From Escherichia phage E21, in sequence record NC_052983.1: DNA of 58,536 nucleotides; one strand, 5' to 3'. A program made the position numbers and the translations under genes. A model generated the notes under the pieces. That model saw only the letters and a program-made list of their open reading frames with translations, made no database searches and was not told the DNA's origin. Positions 55,237-58,536 of the stretch are shown piece by piece (position 1 is the first letter of the stretch; every line of letters begins with the position of its first letter).

Positions 55237-56304
55237 TTACTTGGTGGATACCATCAGTAAGAATGAAGTGTTAGGATCGCGTGGAACCATTAACGGAGCC
55301 GATTGCGTCATCACATAATCAACACTTGGGTCTTCTTCTTCCCACATTTTAGGGAACATTTCTAATGAACGGAAGCCCGCTTTCTTGTCGTGGATTGCAC
55401 CGAAGCAACGGTAGCCCTCGATAGCACGAGATACACCTACGATACCGCCTTGTGGTACTAGGTATTCTTCTTTGCCGTCTTGGTTAACGAATTTCTGCGT
55501 GTTGACGTAGATATCCATTGCACCCGCGCCATTTACACCCGCGATACGGCCCATGTATTCAATGCCCTCAAGGCCATCTGAGATACGCGTAATCAATGTT
55601 TCAGAACCTTTGAAACGAGTATCCATCAAGCCGTGATCGCCGAACAATTCGTCTTTGTTGATCTTGACGAATAAATCCCAAGCGTCTTGGCCGAAGATGT
55701 AGTCACGAACAACCGTACCGCTAGCAGACTTGTCATTAACCAGTTGCTTGCCTAAGCGTAAGTCTTTAAAGGTCTGCTCCGATGTGATGCCGGGAGCCGT
55801 CCAGTCGGTTGTGATGGTCAGCGACGGGTCACGTCGGAAGTCTACACGGGTTTTCGGATAGTCCGGCCCTTCAACATCAACGTAGCCATAGATCACCGCT
55901 GACGCTGCCATAACCTCGAACGTATTCTCGATCATTGACTTATGTTTGCGTAGCGTTTCTGCGACGGCCATCTTGAATTTTTGGTCTGGCGTCAAGGAAC
56001 CAGTTAGTAGGTTTTCGCCCGGGCGACGAGGAAACACCATCGATGGGTCGATAGCATGTTTAGGTTTCAGGTACGCCGGTTTAAACGCTACGGTGTGGAA
56101 ACCTTTCTCTTTGATCACCACGCCTTGTACGTTAGGAGCGACGAACGGTGCTACGCGTTTGTAGTTGTCGCTTACTTTATCGATCGCGATTTCGTCGGTA
56201 TCAAAGTTGATCGTGTTCGGGAAGAACCCTAAGAAAAACGACGGTAGCGATTCGATTTTACGCAATACCGGTAAAAGTTGTACGGTTGAATACTGTCCAG
56301 CCAT
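55237..56304 (-). CDS. major capsid protein (lambda gpE-like)
   Basis: 355 aa; C-terminal ...MTQSAPLMVPRDPNTSF parallels lambda E ...MIQSAPLMLLADPDEFV from memory. Confidence 0.9.
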   Translation of the reverse strand: MAGQYSTVQLLPVLRKIESLPSFFLGFFPNTINFDTDEIAIDKVSDNYKRVAPFVAPNVQGVVIKEKGFHTVAFKPAYLKPKHAIDPSMVFPRRPGENLLTGSLTPDQKFKMAVAETLRKHKSMIENTFEVMAASAVIYGYVDVEGPDYPKTRVDFRRDPSLTITTDWTAPGITSEQTFKDLRLGKQLVNDKSASGTVVRDYIFGQDAWDLFVKINKDELFGDHGLMDTRFKGSETLITRISDGLEGIEYMGRIAGVNGAGAMDIYVNTQKFVNQDGKEEYLVPQGGIVGVSRAIEGYRCFGAIHDKKAGFRSLEMFPKMWEEEDPSVDYVMTQSAPLMVPRDPNTSFLLMVSTK

Positions 56305-56316
56305 TGTCTGCCCCTA

Positions 56317-56733
56317 TTAATACAGTTTTTTGATAATGATTGTTGAGCGACCTAACTCGAAAAGCGATTTGGCTTTCACTAGGTCATCAATGGCTTTCGG
56401 CCATGTGATCGCATCGATATTAAACGTACCGCCGGTGTAGAACTGTACTGTCTGACCGCTTTTCGTTGCTTGTGCCGAGATCCCGACTGGTAATATCGCC
56501 GTTGCAGTCCCCTCACCCTCGTCACCGCCGGAACCCGTACCCGGATAAACCGTGTCGTCAAATGCTGCGATAGTGCCGTCTTCTTTACGATATACCACTT
56601 GGTACATATCGATATCGCTTGACGCCACGCCGTTGTCCGTATGGATCGGTGACTCGCCGGCGAAAATCTGAGTTGGTTCCCATGCGTTAAGGTCGCGAGA
56701 ACCTGCTAACATATCTACGTTTGTGTTTTTCAC
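56317..56733 (-). CDS. head decoration protein (lambda gpD-like)
   Basis: 138 aa; QFYTGGTFNIDAITWPKA parallels gpD TFYKSGTFRYEDVLWPEA. Confidence 0.7.
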   Translation of the reverse strand: MKNTNVDMLAGSRDLNAWEPTQIFAGESPIHTDNGVASSDIDMYQVVYRKEDGTIAAFDDTVYPGTGSGGDEGEGTATAILPVGISAQATKSGQTVQFYTGGTFNIDAITWPKAIDDLVKAKSLFELGRSTIIIKKLY

Positions 56734-56746
56734 GATAAACCCCTAA

Positions 56747-58024
56747 TTAGTTACCGAAATAGCCAAGACCTGAAAGGTCGTCTAATAACGAGTTATTCTC
56801 GTCCGTTGCTAAGGGCTTATCCGTGTCCTGTGGCTCGGCTTTGATGCCCGGCTGTTCGCCTTCGTCCATTGCTTTCTTAAAAGCGTTCGGCTTTTCTTCT
56901 TGCTTTGGTTCTTCCGCTTTCTCAACCGGAGAAGCGTTAAGCATTGCCTTAGCATCTTCTTCGCTCATTGAGGTGTTGAACGCGATGTGTTGTGCTAACG
57001 ATTCGCGCCCTTTTGCTTCATCACAACCAAGAATGCCCTTGATACGCGCTTGTTCTGCTTTCGCACCTTTAGCTTGTTCTTCGGACGCATTGATTGTCGG
57101 TTGCTCCGCGTTTGTGTTTTTTACGGCCATATCAGTTTCGCTCTCTGTTCCGTTAATGAAGTTGTGTAATGCCATTTCTGGCGATTCAACGCGGTCAACT
57201 AGACCTAAGTCTTTAGCATCATTCGCGTCGTATGTTTTCGCTTCGGTGTCGAATACTAGCTTTTCCGACAAACCGCGATTTCTTGCTACGGTTGCTACAA
57301 ACGTTTTTCTACAAGCGTTGACGCCTGATTGTAGCTCTGCTCTCGCTTGATCGCTAAGTTCCTCGAAAGGGTTGGTTTCTGCCTTTCTGTCGCCGGCGCG
57401 TATCACAGATACTTTAATTCCTACGTCAGACAACATTTTAGACATATCAGCGTGAATAATCAACGCCCCAATTGAACCCGCGCCACCCGAGGGCGTGATA
57501 CTTATCGCGTCACACGCACTTGCGATCGCGTAAGCAGCAGAATAGCAACTTGAGTTGATGACGGCCAGTGTAGGTTTTTCACCGCGACGACTGAAAATCT
57601 CGTCCGATAGTTCCATACAACCGGCTGCCTCGCCTCCACCCGAATTAACGTCATAGACGATTCTCTCGACGTCCGGATCATTCAAGGCCATTGCGTGTGC
57701 TCTACGAATATAGCTATATCCTGTAACGAATCCCCAAGAACCGCCGAAGCGGTTAATTAGAGAGCCGTGTACCGGAATGAAAGCGGTTCCGTTAGAGAAT
57801 CCGTATGGTTTGTTAGTTGGTGCGCTGTTAGACACCCCATACGTCATACACACGTTGTTTAGCATTGTTGACCAAGTTTCGTCAGTCATGTCGGCCTCTA
57901 CGTTAGCTAGCAACTGTAAGTTACTCCCCATAGAACCGACTGAACGTTCGTCCAGAAACGCCGGGCGTAGATTAATAGCTTGTACCGCTTGTACGGCAGC
58001 AGCTTGATAAGTGCCTTGCGTCAT
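56747..58024 (-). CDS. prohead protease / scaffold (S49 ClpP-like, lambda gpC-like)
   Basis: 425 aa; S49-type core (SGGGEAAGCMELSDEI...INSSCYSAAYAIASACD); between portal and decoration genes. Confidence 0.85.
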   Translation of the reverse strand: MTQGTYQAAAVQAVQAINLRPAFLDERSVGSMGSNLQLLANVEADMTDETWSTMLNNVCMTYGVSNSAPTNKPYGFSNGTAFIPVHGSLINRFGGSWGFVTGYSYIRRAHAMALNDPDVERIVYDVNSGGGEAAGCMELSDEIFSRRGEKPTLAVINSSCYSAAYAIASACDAISITPSGGAGSIGALIIHADMSKMLSDVGIKVSVIRAGDRKAETNPFEELSDQARAELQSGVNACRKTFVATVARNRGLSEKLVFDTEAKTYDANDAKDLGLVDRVESPEMALHNFINGTESETDMAVKNTNAEQPTINASEEQAKGAKAEQARIKGILGCDEAKGRESLAQHIAFNTSMSEEDAKAMLNASPVEKAEEPKQEEKPNAFKKAMDEGEQPGIKAEPQDTDKPLATDENNSLLDDLSGLGYFGN

Positions 58025-58536
58025 TCCGAATCCCCACTGTTAGTTTCTTCGTCATCTTCCGAGTTTGTTTTCTCGTTAGCGGATATATTACTCACATCTC
58101 CGGAGAAAACAAGCCCGTATTTATCTTTTATTCGTTTTTCTCGTTCTAACTGCCTAAAAATCTCTCTCCAGTCTTCGCCGAGTCGAGCGATTTCTTTCTC
58201 ACGAGTGCTCAGACCACTGTTAATTCTCATGATAGCTGCTTCGGTCTCTTTCTTCTCGTCGATTTGACCGCGGGCTGCACCTATCCAGTCGCAACGAATT
58301 AAACAGTCTTTCACTAACGGTTCGTAAAACCAGTCGCTCGTTTTTCCTCGTGGCAACGGGATTTCGTTTTTGTTTATCATCTCCTCTAACCACAACGCAT
58401 AAATGTTTGTAGCGAAAGCATCAGCAATGATCTTTTTGCGAGACTGCATGAATTTCCATGTTTCCCCCATTGAGGCTCTCGCGGAAGAATAGTTAGTCTT
58501 CGTGTAGTCTCGGCTAAACTGTTCGTATGAAAGGTT
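58021..58536 (-). CDS. portal protein, C-terminal 171 codons (continuation of the gene at 1..1128 across the circular junction)
   Basis: Minus ORF open to the window end, in frame with the N-terminal segment; ends with acidic tail ...EDDEETNSGDSE; stop overlaps protease start. Confidence 0.85.
   Translation of the reverse strand, partial: NLSYEQFSRDYTKTNYSSARASMGETWKFMQSRKKIIADAFATNIYALWLEEMINKNEIPLPRGKTSDWFYEPLVKDCLIRCDWIGAARGQIDEKKETEAAIMRINSGLSTREKEIARLGEDWREIFRQLEREKRIKDKYGLVFSGDVSNISANEKTNSEDDEETNSGDSE

Noticed and set aside
1-58536. Integrase, CI-like repressor, excisionase or attachment site (temperate lifestyle); reverse transcriptase (DGR) near the tail fibre genes
   Set aside because: No tyrosine/serine recombinase motifs, no repressor-like HTH plus peptidase protein, and no RT motifs (YxDD) seen in any ORF; the phage is provisionally treated as virulent.

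Overview
The window looks like an entire, circularly closed ~58.5-kb genome of a virulent-looking tailed phage (siphovirus-type, Gram-negative host inferred from spanins). The portal gene is split by the window ends and reads in frame across the junction. All calls are from reading the six-frame translations and the DNA by eye; family names rest on remembered motifs, and no database search was run. Minus strand: a replication module (K/E-repeat protein, DUF2800 Cas4-like nuclease, DUF2815 SSB-like protein, family-A DNA polymerase, VRR-NUC, SNF2 helicase) runs straight into a lambda-like morphogenesis module (Nu1-like TerS, GpA-like TerL, W, portal, S49 protease, D-like decoration, E-like capsid, FI/FII/Z/U-position proteins, major tail protein with Ig-like C-terminus, G/GT chaperone with a -1 frameshift, 1443-aa tape measure, tail-tip proteins, 1273-aa J-like protein, three tandem paralogous tail proteins, two fibre-like proteins) and a holin/endolysin/spanin lysis cassette. 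Plus strand: a primase-helicase and an ~8.6-kb operon of mostly uncharacterised early genes (RdgC-like, phage Dam-family methyltransferase, DUF4406-like). Between them lie a ~1.4-kb ORF-free, repeat-rich region and a ~7-kb island of small minus-strand genes, three of which carry a near-identical promoter plus leader cassette. No integrase, repressor, tRNA, CRISPR array or reverse transcriptase was recognised. The most unusual items are the ORF-free repeat/G-run region, the promoter-cassette island with a possible small-RNA unit, the iteron array at the divergent early control region, and the triplicated tail-protein genes.
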